IMG/VR virus record: IMGVR_UViG_3300021399_000004
Span: 32,001-96,000 of that record
DNA from: a virus
Direction: 5' to 3' (one strand)
Length of the DNA: 64,000 nt
Shown here: positions 29,501 to 42,777 of the stretch, piece by piece
How the letters are laid out: each line of letters starts with the position of its first letter
How positions within the stretch are numbered: position 1 is the first letter of the stretch
Translations under genes and position numbers: made by a program
Notes under the pieces: generated by a model
Told to the model about the DNA's origin: nothing
Databases searched by the model: none
The model's input: only the letters and a program-made list of their open reading frames with translations

Positions 29501-32500
29501 AGCAGGATTAACAGATCGTAATATTTTACAAAATTTCTATGCTGATGCTTTAACTCCTGAAGAAATGATAAAGCGTTATGATCGCAATCAAATTTATGAT
29601 GCTAATGGTAATCTTGACCCAGAAGTACTTGCTGAAGCTTGCCCAGATTTAAAAGTGCTTCTAATATCAGCACCATATTTTACTAATGATAAATCTAATT
29701 ATGTTAAAAATACTACAATTCGTTGTATTCACACTGGAGGTCGTTTAAGAGATAACTGGACTATCCGCAATGCTTATCACGTAGGACAAGGAACTAGTTC
29801 TAACCGCTATGGAGCAGCCGGCCGTAATATTGATTTAATTTTCGGTTTTGATGGGATTAATTCTCCAGTTAGCAAAATTAAGACGGCTGATGTATAGGAT
29901 TATGTATCTACCGTCGAGTTTATTGATGGCACAACTCTAACTGGAGCTAATGCAAAAATTAATTTAAGTGAAACTTCAGTAGAAAATAACTGGTTTAATG
30001 TCAAAGTAAATATAGCTTCTTCTGAGAATGCTAATAATGCTTTACTGCAAAAGCGTTATAATAGATATTTACCATACTAGACTCCGGCTTAGAAGCGCGA
30101 TCCTCGTATTAAAAATACAATGGAATTTTTCAACTGCGTTATCTTTGTGTAGGAGACAGATACAACTTAGGACGCCAATGGAGTGTATACAGCGCACCGT
30201 GAGTTCCCAAATGATACTAATTATCATTTCTATGGTATTGGTAATATCGGTGACTCTAAAAAGACTGATAATACTCGTGTTAATGATCCGACAGATTTAA
30301 AAGAATTTGTGGTTGAGATCTCTGACAACAACTTACCTAATGCAATGTTCCAGACTGGTGTTTATTGGACGGATGATAAGCATACTGCTACAACTTATAC
30401 TCCACCTATAACTAATGAAATGTAGATGATGAAGTATCCTATTACAACCGCTGAGTGGGAGAATGAAAATAACTTAGCTAGAAAGAGCCTAAGTTTAGAA
30501 GGATACGTTAGTGGCACCAAAGAAGATGATGATGGTAATATCGTGGATGTTATTACTAATTGGGATTCTTCATTCGAGTTTAGATATGATATGGGCACTA
30601 AAGATGGTGAAAGCATAGATAGCGCGACTATTAAGGCACAACAAAAGGAATCTAAATTAAAGTGGAATGAGATGTATAAATGGTTTATTACTTGCCCAGA
30701 TGAAAATTTCGCTAATGAGCTAAGTAACTGGTTTATTGTTGATTCTCCATTATACTGGTATGTATTTACTGAACGTTATACTATGATTGATAACCGCGCG
30801 AAAAACTCATTCTGGCATTATGGTAAAACTTATATTACAGAAGCAGAAGCTGAAGAAATGGGCGATGATGCGGTTAATTACACTATTGATAATGCGGCCG
30901 CCGCGATCAATGATGGCTATCGTTTCGATTTATGGGACTATGATAATGATACCGCTTTGGGCATTGATAATTCTGGTATTTTAAATATTACATATGGTAA
31001 AGAAGATATTGATCTAATTGAAGGCTCTGAAGCGACACTATTTAATGCTGGACGGAGTGTCTTCTGGCGTCGTATTCGCAACCTAATGAATACTCAATTA
31101 ACTAATATGTATTCATCTCGTATTGTTCCGGAGGCTTGGAGTGCCGCATCATTAATACAAGAATTTGATACTTGGCAAGAGCAGTTCCCAGAAGAACTGT
31201 GGCGTTTAGATATTGAAAGAAAATACTTACGTCCATACTTAACTGGCAGTTATGTACCGGCCACAAAAACATATGCCATTAATGATTCATTCTTGCGAGA
31301 TATGGCTAACGGTCGCAAACGTTATCAACGCCGTCAATTTGAGCGCGATATGGAAATTTATTTAGGAACCAAATATTTACAAGCAGCCGTATTAGAAGAT
31401 ACTATTGACATTCGTTTAGGTTAGGCTAGTACTAGCTCCGCGGCAGTTGTGCCACCAAATTATACTATTAAGATTACTCCATATTCTGATATGTATATTA
31501 GAGTAATGTTTGGTAACAGCACTCCAACATCTATTCGTGCGAAAGCTGGAATCATGTATACTATTCCTTCACAAGTTAATATTAATGATCCTAACACTTT
31601 ATAGATTGTTATTTATGGTGCTTCTCGTATTCAGGCATTAAATGATTTGTCTGCTTGTTATATTAGAGATAATAACTTCTCTAAAGCAGAAAAATTACGT
31701 ACTCTAGTAATTGGTAATCCAACTGAGGGATATTCTAATACTAATCTTACTGATCTTACTTTAGGTAAAAATAGATTACTTGAAACATTAGATATTCGTA
31801 ATTGCCCGAATTTAACAACTAGCTTAAATTTAAATAACTGCGTCAATCTATTAAAATTATACGCGCAAAACACTTCTATATTAGGTGTCGCTTTTGCTCC
31901 TAGTGGTAGACTTATCGAAGCTCATTTACCTGGCACTTTAAATACATTATCATTACGTAATTTATACAGTTTAACGACTTTAGATGTAGCAAATTATGAT
32001 TTATTAATTAAATTTACTTGCGAGAACACTAATGGCATTAATTCTTATGATATTGTTACCGATACAATTGATACTTTAACAGAAGTTGAATTATTGGGTA
32101 TTGATTGGACTGTTACTGATACATCTGTCTTTTAGGCATTATTAACTAAGTATCACGCTGGTTAGTATATTAATATTACTGGTACGGTAAAATTAAATGG
32201 TGAAATCGGTACACAAGAATTACAAGAATATTAGACTATTTGGCCACGATTAACTTGGGCTGCTGGTTATAACACTTATACATAGACACATGTAATTTAT
32301 AAATATGCTGATACTAGAGATGCTGATACCAATGAAGTTATTACTACTGGTGACACTATTTATGAATGTTATGTACGGAGTGGTTCTGAAGCATTAGTTG
32401 ATCCTTGGAACACAGAAGAACAATATCGTTTAATTGAAGCAGCTCCTACTAAAAAGCCAACGATTAAAGAACGTTATATTTTTGGTACAGTTTCTTCTAG

Positions 32501-34613
32501 TGGCAGATACTCCAATTTCTCAGGTTGGACTCCTGAAGGTGATACTAGGACAATTGCTGAAATTAAGGGAGATAATGATTTTACAGTTAGCGGTGATACT
32601 TATAATATTATTGCTACTTTTACTTCTACACCGCAATTATATACTATTCGTTGGTTCTTGTCTTCAGACGATACTAACCCAGTACGTGAAACCAAAGAGC
32701 CTTAGGAATATGGCGGAGGCAGTAATATTGTAGCCCCAACTATTAAAGAATTGCGTAATAGTAACTATTCTTTAGTAAAGAATGCCAATTTTAACACAAC
32801 TGCAAAAACTGCGACATATAGTATATTTATTGGCTGGGAAAAATCACCTAATAATATTTAGCCAACAGTAATAGGAGAGCCATATGATATTTATGGCCGT
32901 TGGCTTACTCGTACTAATATTAATTATAATACCGCAATAAATAGCGATGAATATAGTACAGCAGAAAAGCTTTACTTAATAAGTAATATTCCAGAATTAC
33001 GGAGTTCTGATAAATTTGGTACATATGATTTATTCCCAATTACTTTAGGATACACTCCAATTACGGCTGGGACTAATTTATTACCTAATGGTGTAAGGAA
33101 TTATAATTCTGATACTAGTATTGATAAAACTAGTATTCAACCATTTATGAGTAATAAAGGATTCACATTAGTATTAGATTATAAATTTGATGCGAGATCT
33201 AATAATACAGCACTTGAAGCTGTGCTTGCTTCTTGTACTACTGAAATTAACGGTTCAGAGGTTGGCTTTAAATTATGTTATGATCCGCGCACTGAAGGCG
33301 TAAGTCGTACTCCGTGGATTGGAATCGGCGATATTAAAAAATATGTTGGACATACTTTTGATGCCCGTAATATAGTTGTTATTCGCTATACTACGACAAA
33401 TGATTTAATCGTTTATACTGGTAGTAATGGTACAATTTCTACTAAATTTGCCATTAATACAAGTCAATTTAGTGCAAATTCCACTATTCATTGGGATGCT
33501 AACGCACTTAAATTTAATGCACCATTGGTATTAGGAGGACTTAATAATACTGATGAGACACATATCAACGCTTATGGTACTATATTTTCTGCTATATATT
33601 GGGATGAAGATATTGGCAGAAGCGAATGTGAATCACTTGCTAACTGGTGTTATGAAACTATGACATTTGCTGTATCTGACCATAGTAGTAATAGCGCGCA
33701 TAGTACTTTAGGAGTATCTGGTAATTCTAATAAAACATTTGTTTTACATACTCTAAATAGCTCTAGTATGGGTGCCTTCAAAGAGCCAGAAGCGACTTCT
33801 ACAGAGGCTACCGCTGGCGGAGTAATTGGCTGGGGGACTTCTTCCTTACGCGATTTCTATAATAAACGTGTATTCTCTAGTTTGCCCGCAATTTTATAGT
33901 CAACTATGACATTAACTACAGTTCACTATCGTGAAGCTGTTTATAGTGCTAGTGGATATACAGCTGGATTTAGTATTACTGGGAATGACAGAACGGTTCA
34001 AGATTTTGTTTTCGCTCCTTCTTATCGTGAATTAGCTCCAGCAGAAAATACGGCGAGCTCTTATGGATCTGAAGCTAGGGGGCCACTTCCTTGGTATAAT
34101 TCTAGTACTTTTGAATTTAGAGATGGTTCTACTACTAACTTTGATAAAACACCCGAAGGAGTAGATTACTCTAAATATACAAATATTCGTTTCCCAACGT
34201 TACCGCTTCAACTTGATTCTTCTTCACCACGAAGAGTGATTTTAAATTACTCAATTTCGCGTTCTAGCGCTTACGCTGCATTGCGGGATTAGAGCCTTAC
34301 CCCACGTCGTGGCGATATCTTAATAGCAGTAAAATCTGATAACGGCGAATAGGCGTATATGTTTGTGACTGACGATGATGTCAAAGCCGGAATTACTCTA
34401 GCCTCTGCTACAGATGCTCCGTGTTTAACTCTGCCTACCAATGTAGCCGGTGGCTGGATTAAAAGTGAAAACTGGTGGACACGTTCAGTGCTAGCTTCTA
34501 CTTAGCGAGTTACTTATAAATTTATTCAAACTAGTGCCAATGGTAATATTGGAGAAAATAATTCTGTTAATAATATTGGCAATATTGTTTATAATATCGC
34601 ACTTCTATAATAG
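26514..34613 (+). CDS. Giant late structural/tail-fibre-type protein (about 2699 aa), TAG-recoded
   Basis: Supplied ORFs at 26514, 26913, 27480, 28059, 29100, 29487, 30183, 30426, 31647, 33147 and 33906 are all in one frame, separated by TAG. Gap codons I read have no TAA/TGA; ends TAA at 34611. Contains N-terminal coiled-coil repeats, Ig-like and concanavalin/laminin-G-like '[14 protein letters not shown]...'. Confidence 0.88.
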
Positions 34614-34631
34614 TATTGGGAGGTATGTGAT

Positions 34632-35375
34632 ATGAATTATTATAAATTAATTTAGGATAACAATATAATTGGTGTCGCCACCGACGCCAATTTTTTACGC
34701 TTTTAGCCACGTCATCAAGTATTAGAGTATGCTGGCCTTGGATTTGAAGAGTATTTGGGATATAAAGGAGCTTTATATCGTGATAGTTGGATGATGCCAC
34801 TTCAAACAGAAAAATATTCTTTTAATAAAATAAAAATCCATAGTATTGATTAGGCTGAATATGATGCATTACGTGAAGCTTTAGATAAGCACGAAGTGCC
34901 ACAAGAAGTAGAGCCAGAAATACATATTACACCAGAAATTATAGATGAAGAAGCTGAGATGACCATTGACTTCGTTCGCTCCGCAAAACTCTCCGAAATG
35001 TCCCGCACCTGTAATCAAATAATTGAAGCTGGCTTTGATATTACACTTAATGAGGATGTTGAACATTTTTCTTTAACCACTCAAGATCAACTGAACTTAA
35101 TTTCTCTCGGCGCGATGGCCTAGGCTGGTACAGAACCAATTCCGTACCACGCCGATGGCGAAATTTGCCGGTTTTATTCTGCCGCAGAAATGAATCAAAT
35201 TGTTGCCGCGGCGACCGCCTTTAAGATTTATCAAACAACATACTATAATGCGTTAAAGAATTATATCAATTCCTTAGAGACTATTGAAGAAATTTCTGCA
35301 ATAACATATGGAATTGAATTACCTGAAGAATACAAATCTGAAGTTTTAAAGGCTTTAGAAAATGAAAGTAAATGA
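34632..35375 (+). CDS. Phage structural-associated protein, TAG-recoded
   Basis: MNYYKLIQDNNIIGVATDANFLRFQPRHQVLEYAGLGFEEYL...LGAMAQAGTEPIPYHADGEICRFYSAAEMNQIVAAATAFKIYQTTYYNALKNYI; ends TGA. Confidence 0.8.
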
Positions 35376-35787
35376 ATGGCTTAAAAATTTCATACTGTTT
35401 CTATTATTTGGTTTAATATACTTTTTAATAGAAACAGTATGGAAGGGCCATTTTACGCATTGGAGTATGTTTATTGTTGGCGGTCTTTGTGGTATGTCTA
35501 TAGGATTAATTAATGAGTATTTCCCTGAGACATTAAAATTTTAGTATTAGTGTTTAATTGGCGCCGCGTTAGTAACCTTAATTGAAGGCTGTAGTGGCGT
35601 TATATTAAATATTATTTTAAAATTAAATATTTGGAATTATAGTAATATGCCGCTAAATTTCTTTTACCAACAATGTTGTATACCATTTTGTTTAGCATGG
35701 GTAGTGCTTGCTGGCGGCTGCATACTGATAGATGATTATATTCGATGGAAATTTTTAGGCGAAGAAAAAGTTAAATATTATTTTTAA
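35362..35787 (+). CDS. Integral membrane protein, TAG-recoded
   Basis: MKVNEWLKNFILFLLFGLIYFLIETVWKG...LKFQYQCLIGAALVTLIEGCSGVILNIILKLNIWNYSNMP...; ends TAA. Confidence 0.75.
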
Positions 35788-35879
35788 TGCCAAGAAAAAA
35801 ATATATCATGCTTCCCCTTATAATATTACTTTTTATTTAGAAGGGTTTATCCCTAATAAAGAATTAAAAGGAGAATATT

Positions 35880-36029
35880 ATGCTGCAAGAAATTGAATGT
35901 GGTTTTTGTTGGAACAAACGAGACAAGAAAACAATTGAACTTTATTTCTTTGATAGGGCAAATAATATGAGGCCATGTGTCTATTGTCCTATTTGCGGGA
36001 GAAAGATGGAGGATGAGACCAATGAATGA
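35880..36029 (+). CDS. Small zinc-ribbon protein
   Basis: MLQEIECGFCWNKRDKKTIELYFFDRANNMRPCVYCPICGRKMEDETNE; overlaps the next start. Confidence 0.6.
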   Translation: MLQEIECGFCWNKRDKKTIELYFFDRANNMRPCVYCPICGRKMEDETNE

Positions 36030-36453
36030 TATGAATAACCCATGGAATTCCCCTATGGGAATGAATATGAATATGAATATGGGCAATAGTCCAATGAATA
36101 TGCGTTTTACTCCGCCCGCACCGAAATATGAAGTTATCAGGGTAAATGGTGAAAACGGTGCTCGTAATTTTAGAATGGCACCAAATAGCAGTATGCTATT
36201 ATTGGATGAGACATAGCCTATCGTTTGGTATGCACAAACAGATGGCGGTGGATTTTTAACTGTAACACCTTTTGATGTTACTCCGCATCAACAAACTCCG
36301 CCGATTGATATTAATAATTTAGCTGAAAGAATAAGCAAACTGGAGGAATATTATGTACAACAATCCAATTCTGGAGCTACAAAACAATCTAAGAAGTAGC
36401 GGCAACCAGTAGCTCAATTAGCAGCAGAGCCAATGGAACTTGGGACCAATTAA
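36022..36453 (+). CDS. Phage hypothetical protein, TAG-recoded
   Basis: MNDMNNPWNSPMGMNMNMN...SSMLLLDETQPIVWYAQTDGGGFLTVTPFDVTPHQQTPPIDINNLAERISKLEEYY...; TAG at Q of 'DETQPIVW'. Confidence 0.8.
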
Positions 36454-36460
36454 AAATTTA

Positions 36461-36649
36461 ATGTCTTAGGTTAAAATGGCTTCCAATCCTCAAATGATAG
36501 TAAACTAGTTAATTAATTCTAATTAGAATTTGCGAAATATCCTAGATATTGCGCGCTTAAATAATACTAGTTTAAAAGATATATATTATACTTTAGCGGC
36601 ATAGCGTGGAGTAGATCCCGATGCACTTTTACGAGAGTTAAATAAATAA
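36461..36649 (+). CDS. Small phage protein, TAG-recoded
   Basis: MSQVKMASNPQMIVNQLINSNQNLRNILDIARLNNTSLKDIYYTLAAQRGVDPDALLRELNK; ends TAA. Confidence 0.75.
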
Positions 36650-36690
36650 TATTTATATTAATAAATATTATTTAAATATATAAAAGGAGA

Positions 36691-37395
36691 GTGAGCACTA
36701 TGGGCGAAAATGGTTTAACCGCTTCTGATGTGGCACTATTATCCGGTAACAACAATGACGGCTTTGGTAATGGAGGCTGGGGCGGTATGATTTGGCTATT
36801 TGCTATTATTGCTCTTATGAACGGCGGCTGGGGCGGCTTCGGCGGCAACCGCGGCTATCAGCCTCAATATGCAACTCAAGATTTTGTACAGAATGGCTTT
36901 AATTTCAATGATTTGCAATCTCAAAATCGTGACATAATGGGCGCGATTACTAGTGGCGCTGCACAGGCTGTAGCTGCAACAAATCAGGCTAAGTATGATA
37001 ATATTAATGTTGAAAAAGACATTCAAGCGGCCTTAACCGCACAGATTGGCGATGTACGTACTAATCAGATGCAACTATTAGCAAATCAAAATGACTGCTG
37101 CTGCTCTACAAAAATGACGCTAATGGATGGCTTCAACGGCATCAATGCAGGTATTGCTCAAGCTCGTTATGAGAATGCTATGAATACGGCTGCTATTAAT
37201 AACACTACTAACGCCGGAGTACAGAAGATTCTAGATGCAATTACTGGTAATAGAATGGCAGATATGCAGAATCAAATTAACGACCTACAGCTACAGAATG
37301 CTCTCAATGGAGTGGTTCGTTATCCTAACGGCTGGACTTATAATGCTGGTAACAATCCTTTTTGCGGCAATCAATGCTGCGGTATGAACATGTAA
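36691..37395 (+). CDS. Gly/Asn-rich phage protein with Cys-rich segments
   Basis: Open ORF, 234 aa, with RBS; no in-frame TAG. Confidence 0.8.
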   Translation: MSTMGENGLTASDVALLSGNNNDGFGNGGWGGMIWLFAIIALMNGGWGGFGGNRGYQPQYATQDFVQNGFNFNDLQSQNRDIMGAITSGAAQAVAATNQAKYDNINVEKDIQAALTAQIGDVRTNQMQLLANQNDCCCSTKMTLMDGFNGINAGIAQARYENAMNTAAINNTTNAGVQKILDAITGNRMADMQNQINDLQLQNALNGVVRYPNGWTYNAGNNPFCGNQCCGMNM

Positions 37396-37430
37396 ATTAA
37401 ACGTCGAACACATTCAGTGTGTCTTGTTTA

Positions 37431-37462
37431 AAAATGGCACCTGGAGAGGTGCCATTTTTTTT
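37431..37462 (+). terminator. Rho-independent terminator
   Basis: AAAATGGCACCT-GGAG-AGGTGCCATTTTTTTT. Confidence 0.85.
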
Positions 37463-37483
37463 ATTATAAAGGAGGAATGTAAC

Positions 37484-37897
37484 ATGCTTCAACTTTATAG
37501 TGACGGTCTAACCGTAGCTGCGGGGGCCGCTATACCACTAAATAATATTACTTTTGCTAAAGGTTCTAGCGCTACACACATGGCGCCAGCAACTATTTCT
37601 TTGAACCAACGAGGCGTTTATTTAGTTAAGGTTGACGCTTATGGAAGCGTTGACGCGGTTGGTGATTTTGGTGTGCAGATAGCCGTTGACGGAGCACCCA
37701 GATTAGATGGTATTAATTTAACAACTGGCGCAGTAGGTGATCTATCTTCTGTGGCTACTCAATGCTTAGTAGTTGTCGAGAAATCTAATTGTCCATGTAA
37801 TTGTACCTCTACTGCGACAACAGTACAAATAATCAATCCTAGCACGGTTGGAGCTACCGGCGCACATTATAATGTAATCGTTTCTAAACTTTGTTAA
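37484..37897 (+). CDS. Hypothetical structural/decoration-like protein
   Basis: RBS GGAGGAATGTAAC then MLQLYSDGLTVAAGAAIPLNNITFAKGSSATHMAPATISLNQRGVYLVKVDAYG... Confidence 0.7.
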   Translation: MLQLYSDGLTVAAGAAIPLNNITFAKGSSATHMAPATISLNQRGVYLVKVDAYGSVDAVGDFGVQIAVDGAPRLDGINLTTGAVGDLSSVATQCLVVVEKSNCPCNCTSTATTVQIINPSTVGATGAHYNVIVSKLC

Positions 37898-37911
37898 AGG
37901 AGGGATGTCGC

Positions 37912-38709
37912 ATGGCTCAAGCAAATTAGGAAGTTCAGGCGCTTTACTCCGAACTCATTGATAGAATGAAGCAAGGTGTAGAAATGCATGAACAATTGGC
38001 TGATTATTATGGCTTTTTGAATTTAGGTGGATATCAGAAATGCCATGAATATTAGATGCTATGTGAATTATTAACATATCGCAAGGCAAAAGATGCTTAC
38101 ATGCGTGAATATAATCAATTAGTGCCACTATATGGAATGGCGCCAATGAATAATAATATGAATAATATGGCCAATATGGCTAATAATAATGGACAAAATA
38201 ATAATAATGCTAATGCCACTTATAATCGTAATATGTATTCTAATGTTATCCCTGCTAATTGGTATCAACATACTCGTTATGATGTTGATGCTAGCACAAA
38301 ACGGCAAGCAGTACGAGATGGCTTTAAGCGCTGGATTGAATATGAGAAGGATACAAAGCAATTTTTACAGAATATGAGTCAACGCTTAGAGCAGGCGAAT
38401 GACCGTGAGGCCGCTCGTAAATTAGATTATTTAATTGATCACGTTGAAGGCGAGATTGAGTGTGCAGAAGAAAAAATGATGGCTCTTGAAAACTCTGGAT
38501 ATGATATGAATTATATCCTACAAGAGCAACCTCAAATGAAGTAGAAGTACGCAGAAAAGATTAAAGAATTAAATATGAAGGATCATCAGTTCCGTCGCCG
38601 CGGTTCTGGTAATTATGCAAACTATAATTATTCTGAATATGATGATGAGTATGATTATAATTATAATCGCTATTATCATAATTATCCAAGTGACTATCGT
38701 AGGTATTAA
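37912..38709 (+). CDS. Conserved phage hypothetical protein, TAG-recoded
   Basis: MAQANQEVQALYSELIDRMKQGVEMHEQLADYYGFLNLGGYQKCHEYQMLCELLTYRKAKD...YDVDASTKRQAVRDGFKRWIEYEKDTK...; ends TAA. Confidence 0.8.
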
Positions 38710-38712
38710 TCA

Positions 38713-39084
38713 ATGATTAGATTAATTCAGAGGAGATTGATTATCCCGCGCGGCGACACTGGATCTTTTACCGTACCTACTTTAACAACTGTATCTGCTG
38801 GCGACGTAGCAGTATTTTCAATCTTTGATCGGATTACGAAAACAACCATCTTTGAAAAAATTTTTCCGGCAACCCCAGAAACATTAACGATTAATTTTTT
38901 GCATGAGGATACAGTAGGGTTGGTCCCTGGGAAATACTAGTGGGATATAAAAATTTATGGAAACCCATAGTATGATGATGAAGGAATTTTAATTGGCGGC
39001 GAAAATATTGATTCATATTATTCTGCCTATCGGTTGCCAATTTGTGAAATTAGAGAGGTCGCAGAACATGTTCCGAGAACGTGA
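38713..39084 (+). CDS. Phage hypothetical protein, TAG-recoded
   Basis: MIRLIQRRLIIPRGDTGSFTVPTL...LVPGKYQWDIKIYGNPQYDDEGILIGGENIDSYYSAYRLPICEIREVAEHVPRT; ends TGA. Confidence 0.8.
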
Positions 39085-39541
39085 ACGTTTACGGACAAGA
39101 GATTTATTACTTGAGTATGATATGCATATAATGCCGCCAAGACCAAGAGCCGATGGCTTGGCGGTAGCATATCCCTGGGGTAATACAAATTTATTGAATT
39201 AGGAAGATACACATTTGCCGCCGACTCCAACTCCGCAAGAACTAGCCATGTTGTACCCATGGGCTAATACAGCTATAACTATTTTAATGCATTAGTTCTT
39301 TATCGTCGCAGTTAATAATGGTTATATGGGGACTGAAGAAGAATACTTTGCAAGTTTTGGCACATATGTTGGTGACAAATGTATTATATATGGTACAATA
39401 GAAAAGTTCCCGATTGTTGGCTCTAAAGATAAATTATATTTTGATTTAGAGACTAAAATTTTATATTATTGGGAAGATGGATATACGCCAGTAAATGCAA
39501 TGTTAATTGCAGAAACAAAGTTAGATGGAGGTGAGGCATAA
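39068..39541 (+). CDS. Phage hypothetical protein, TAG-recoded
   Basis: MFRERERLRTRDLLLEYDMHIMPP...joins ORF 39326..39541 in the same frame via TAG. Confidence 0.7.
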
Positions 39542-40245
39542 TGGCCAGTAATAGTGTAAAAGTTACATTATAGATACGTCACGATACTGCTAGTAACTGG
39601 GAGACTAGAAATCCAGTTCTTGCACAAGGTGAATATGGGCTTGAAACTGATACTTTTTTAATTAAGGTCGGTGATGGCGTGCGCGATTGGGAACATTTGC
39701 CTTACTTAAATAAATTAGATGCCTCTTACTTCTAGTGGCTTGAAGATGGAACTGTTACATTTAGTGATAGCTTCATGAATACTATTGCTGCGTTAGAAGC
39801 TGCGGCTGGACAAGCAATTACAAAATTAGAGGTAATAAATCCGCCAGTTAAGGATACAGATGTCCCGAACAAAAAATATGTAGATGATGCAATACGTAAT
39901 GCAGGCCATTTAAAGAGAGCGGTTGTAGAAGTATTACCTTCGGCTGCAGAAGCTGATGAAAATACTTTATATATGATGCTGGCTGGCTCAGGCGATCATT
40001 ATGAAGAATATATGATAATTAATGGAACCTGGGATATGGTTGGCACTACTGGCGATGGAGGAAGCTCTGGCCCATATGAATTGCCCATCGCTACAGAAGC
40101 TCGACTTGGTGGAGTTAAAGCATCATCTTAGGACGGTTTTCTAGCAGTAACAGCAGAAGGATATATGACTTTTAATGGAATTCCAACAACAAAATTATAT
40201 GTTCCCACAGGAGATACTTTTATTATATATGGCGGCAGTGCATAA
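39541..40245 (+). CDS. Tail-fibre/adhesin-type protein (hyaluronidase-like repeat domain), TAG-recoded
   Basis: MASNSVKVTLQIRHDTASNWETRNPVLAQGEYGLETDTFLIKVGDGVRDWEHLPYLNKLDA...; ends TAA. Confidence 0.75.
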
Positions 40246-40258
40246 GGAGGTGGCGTAA

Positions 40259-42223
40259 ATGGCGGAACATTAGATTGAGACGCGGATATTATTACGCTAC
40301 GATACTTATAGTAACTGGATGAATAGTAATGTAATATTACGACAAGGCGAAGCTGCGATCGCGGCGATCCCTACTCAAAATACATTATATAATACTGGTG
40401 AAATACCAGAAAATACTCCCCCAGCAATTGGTTTAAAAATAGGTGACGGACGACATTATTTTTCAGAATTACCGTGGGTATAGGCAGTAGCTGCGGATGT
40501 TTATAATTGGGCCAAACAATAGACTAAACCTATTTATACTGCTAATGACATCCAAGGACTAGAAAATTATATAAAATAGTTTTTATCTGGCGATGACACA
40601 ACGGTAGAAGCCCGTATGTACCGTATTATACAAGGTACTGGTGATAATGCTAATAAATATTTTTTATAGTCCCGTGGAGCTAATGACAATGATTGGCAAA
40701 CTGATACTGTAAATTATATTGATTTTACTGGATTTGCTAAATTAGTTGCTTGGGTAGGCTCTGATGTAGATAATTTCTTTTCATTAGGTAGTCGTACTCA
40801 GGAGCATATTGAATATGTGTTATCTGGCCTCGATTATAATGATACACCACAAACTGGGCAAGTCGTTACCGCAGTTTCTTAGACTGATGGTAAAATTTCT
40901 GTTTCACGGTAGCAATTAAATTTAAATGAATTAGCTGGTACTCTTGACGTGGCGCATGGCGGCACTGGTAAAACTGAATTGCCATAGAATGAAGTATTAG
41001 TAGGAAATGGCACTAGCGGTGTAAAAAGTATAAGTATTGATAATTTGGTAGAAAATAATGATCAATTAGTATACAACTACGCTGTAAAAGCATACGTGGA
41101 TGCAGCAACTGCTGGTTTAACTGGCGCGATGCATTATATTGGCGAAGCAACTGTAGATATGACTAGTCCTACTAGTTCTACGGTGGACCCACAGATACCC
41201 GGTTATACATTTAAAAATGCTGAATCTGGTGATGTCATTACTTTTAATGCGAAAGAATTTGTATGGACTGGAACAAATTGGCGTTTATTAGGTGATGAAG
41301 GTTCATATGCGGTTAAAGGCTCTATTACTAATGTAGATATCTCTCCCGAGGCTGATATTGATATATCTAAAATTTATAATTTATCTACGCTATTAGATAC
41401 TAAAGTAGATAAAATAGAAGGAAAAACATTAACTTCTAATGATTTTACTACTGAATATAAACAGAAATTAGATGATATAGAAGAAAATGCGTAGCGCAAC
41501 TTAATAGAGCATATTTATATTAATGGAACAGAAGCTATACCTGCAACTATTGAAGGTAAAGCAAATTCTTTATCTATAAGATTAAGCTCTCTTACTCCAG
41601 AAGAAGAAGAAAAACTTCGTGGTATTGAAAGCAGGGCACAAGTTAATCTTATAGAACATATTTTTTTAAATGATACCGAATTACCTATCAAAACAGTAAA
41701 AAATTTATCTAAATCAGTTCAATTAGAATTGATTGAATATACAGAAGAAGAACAATAGAAATTAGCTGCTATTGAAGCAGAAGCCCAAAAGAACATCATA
41801 GAAACAATATCAGTTAATGGAAACAATATTTCTCCTTCTGAAAAAAATATCAATATAGATATTCCAAATTATGAAAATAAAATTGAGGCTATTAAGTTAA
41901 ATGGTACTACTTTAGCTATCGAAGATAAAGCAGTTAATATTCAATTAAGTAAAAGCGCATTAGATTTTACTTTACTTGATGGCGCGAGAGTACCAAATGA
42001 GAATGGAAATAGTTTTGAATCAGTAGATACTGTTACGCAAGAAAATGCACGTATATTAAGTTTAGCTCGCATAGCAAAAACTGGTAGTATTTATGATATT
42101 ACTAATTTAAATAATAAATATAATATTACGACTCCTTCTGCTGAATAGGATTAGGAGGAATATATTATATTAAATTGTGGAACAGCACAAAAATTAATTG
42201 ATAATTTTTCTATAAATAATTAA
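40259..42223 (+). CDS. Tail-fibre/adhesin-type protein (654 aa), TAG-recoded
   Basis: MAEHQIETRILLRYDTYSNWMNSNVILRQGEAAIAA...IGLKIGDGRHYFSELPWVQAVAADVYNWAKQQTKP; joins ORF 41045..41494; ends TAA. Confidence 0.75.
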
Positions 42224-42255
42224 ACTTGGCTGAAACCGATGCCAAGGAGGTGTTT

Positions 42256-42777
42256 ATGATGGCATCGAAAACCGTAAACACAAGAATTCAGTTGAAAAAT
42301 GATACTGAAGCACACTGGAAATAGGCCGTAAACTTTACGCCTCTCAAGGGAGAACTCATTATCTATTCATCTGATAATGGTTCTCCCGCTTTTTCTCGTT
42401 TAAAGGTGGGAGATGGGAGTACAAAAGTTAATGATTTGCCTTTTATTGATGCTGGGACGATTAATGGTCTAGAAAATTTTTTAATAAAAGTAAAAAATTA
42501 TAATGCTTTGCCGAATATTGGATCTGATAAATTATTATATTTAGATTTAAGCACTAGTAATATTTATTATTGGGACTCACAGAAGGGCTATGTAAAAGCA
42601 TTTTAGTATAGTTCCGCCACTATTCAACCAGTATAGAGTTGGGATGCCGGAACAATGACTGAGGCTTCTATTAGAAATACTAGTTTAGTTATTACTAATG
42701 GAACAATCCCGAAATTAACTTTAGGGTCACAAATTAATGTAATAACAAACATAGGTGAGGTGAGTAATAATGTCTAA
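42256..42777 (+). CDS. Tail-fibre-associated protein, TAG-recoded
   Basis: MMASKTVNTRIQLKNDTEAHWKQAVNFTPLKGELIIYSSDNGSPAFSRLKVGDGSTKVNDLPFID...; ends TAA. Confidence 0.8.
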
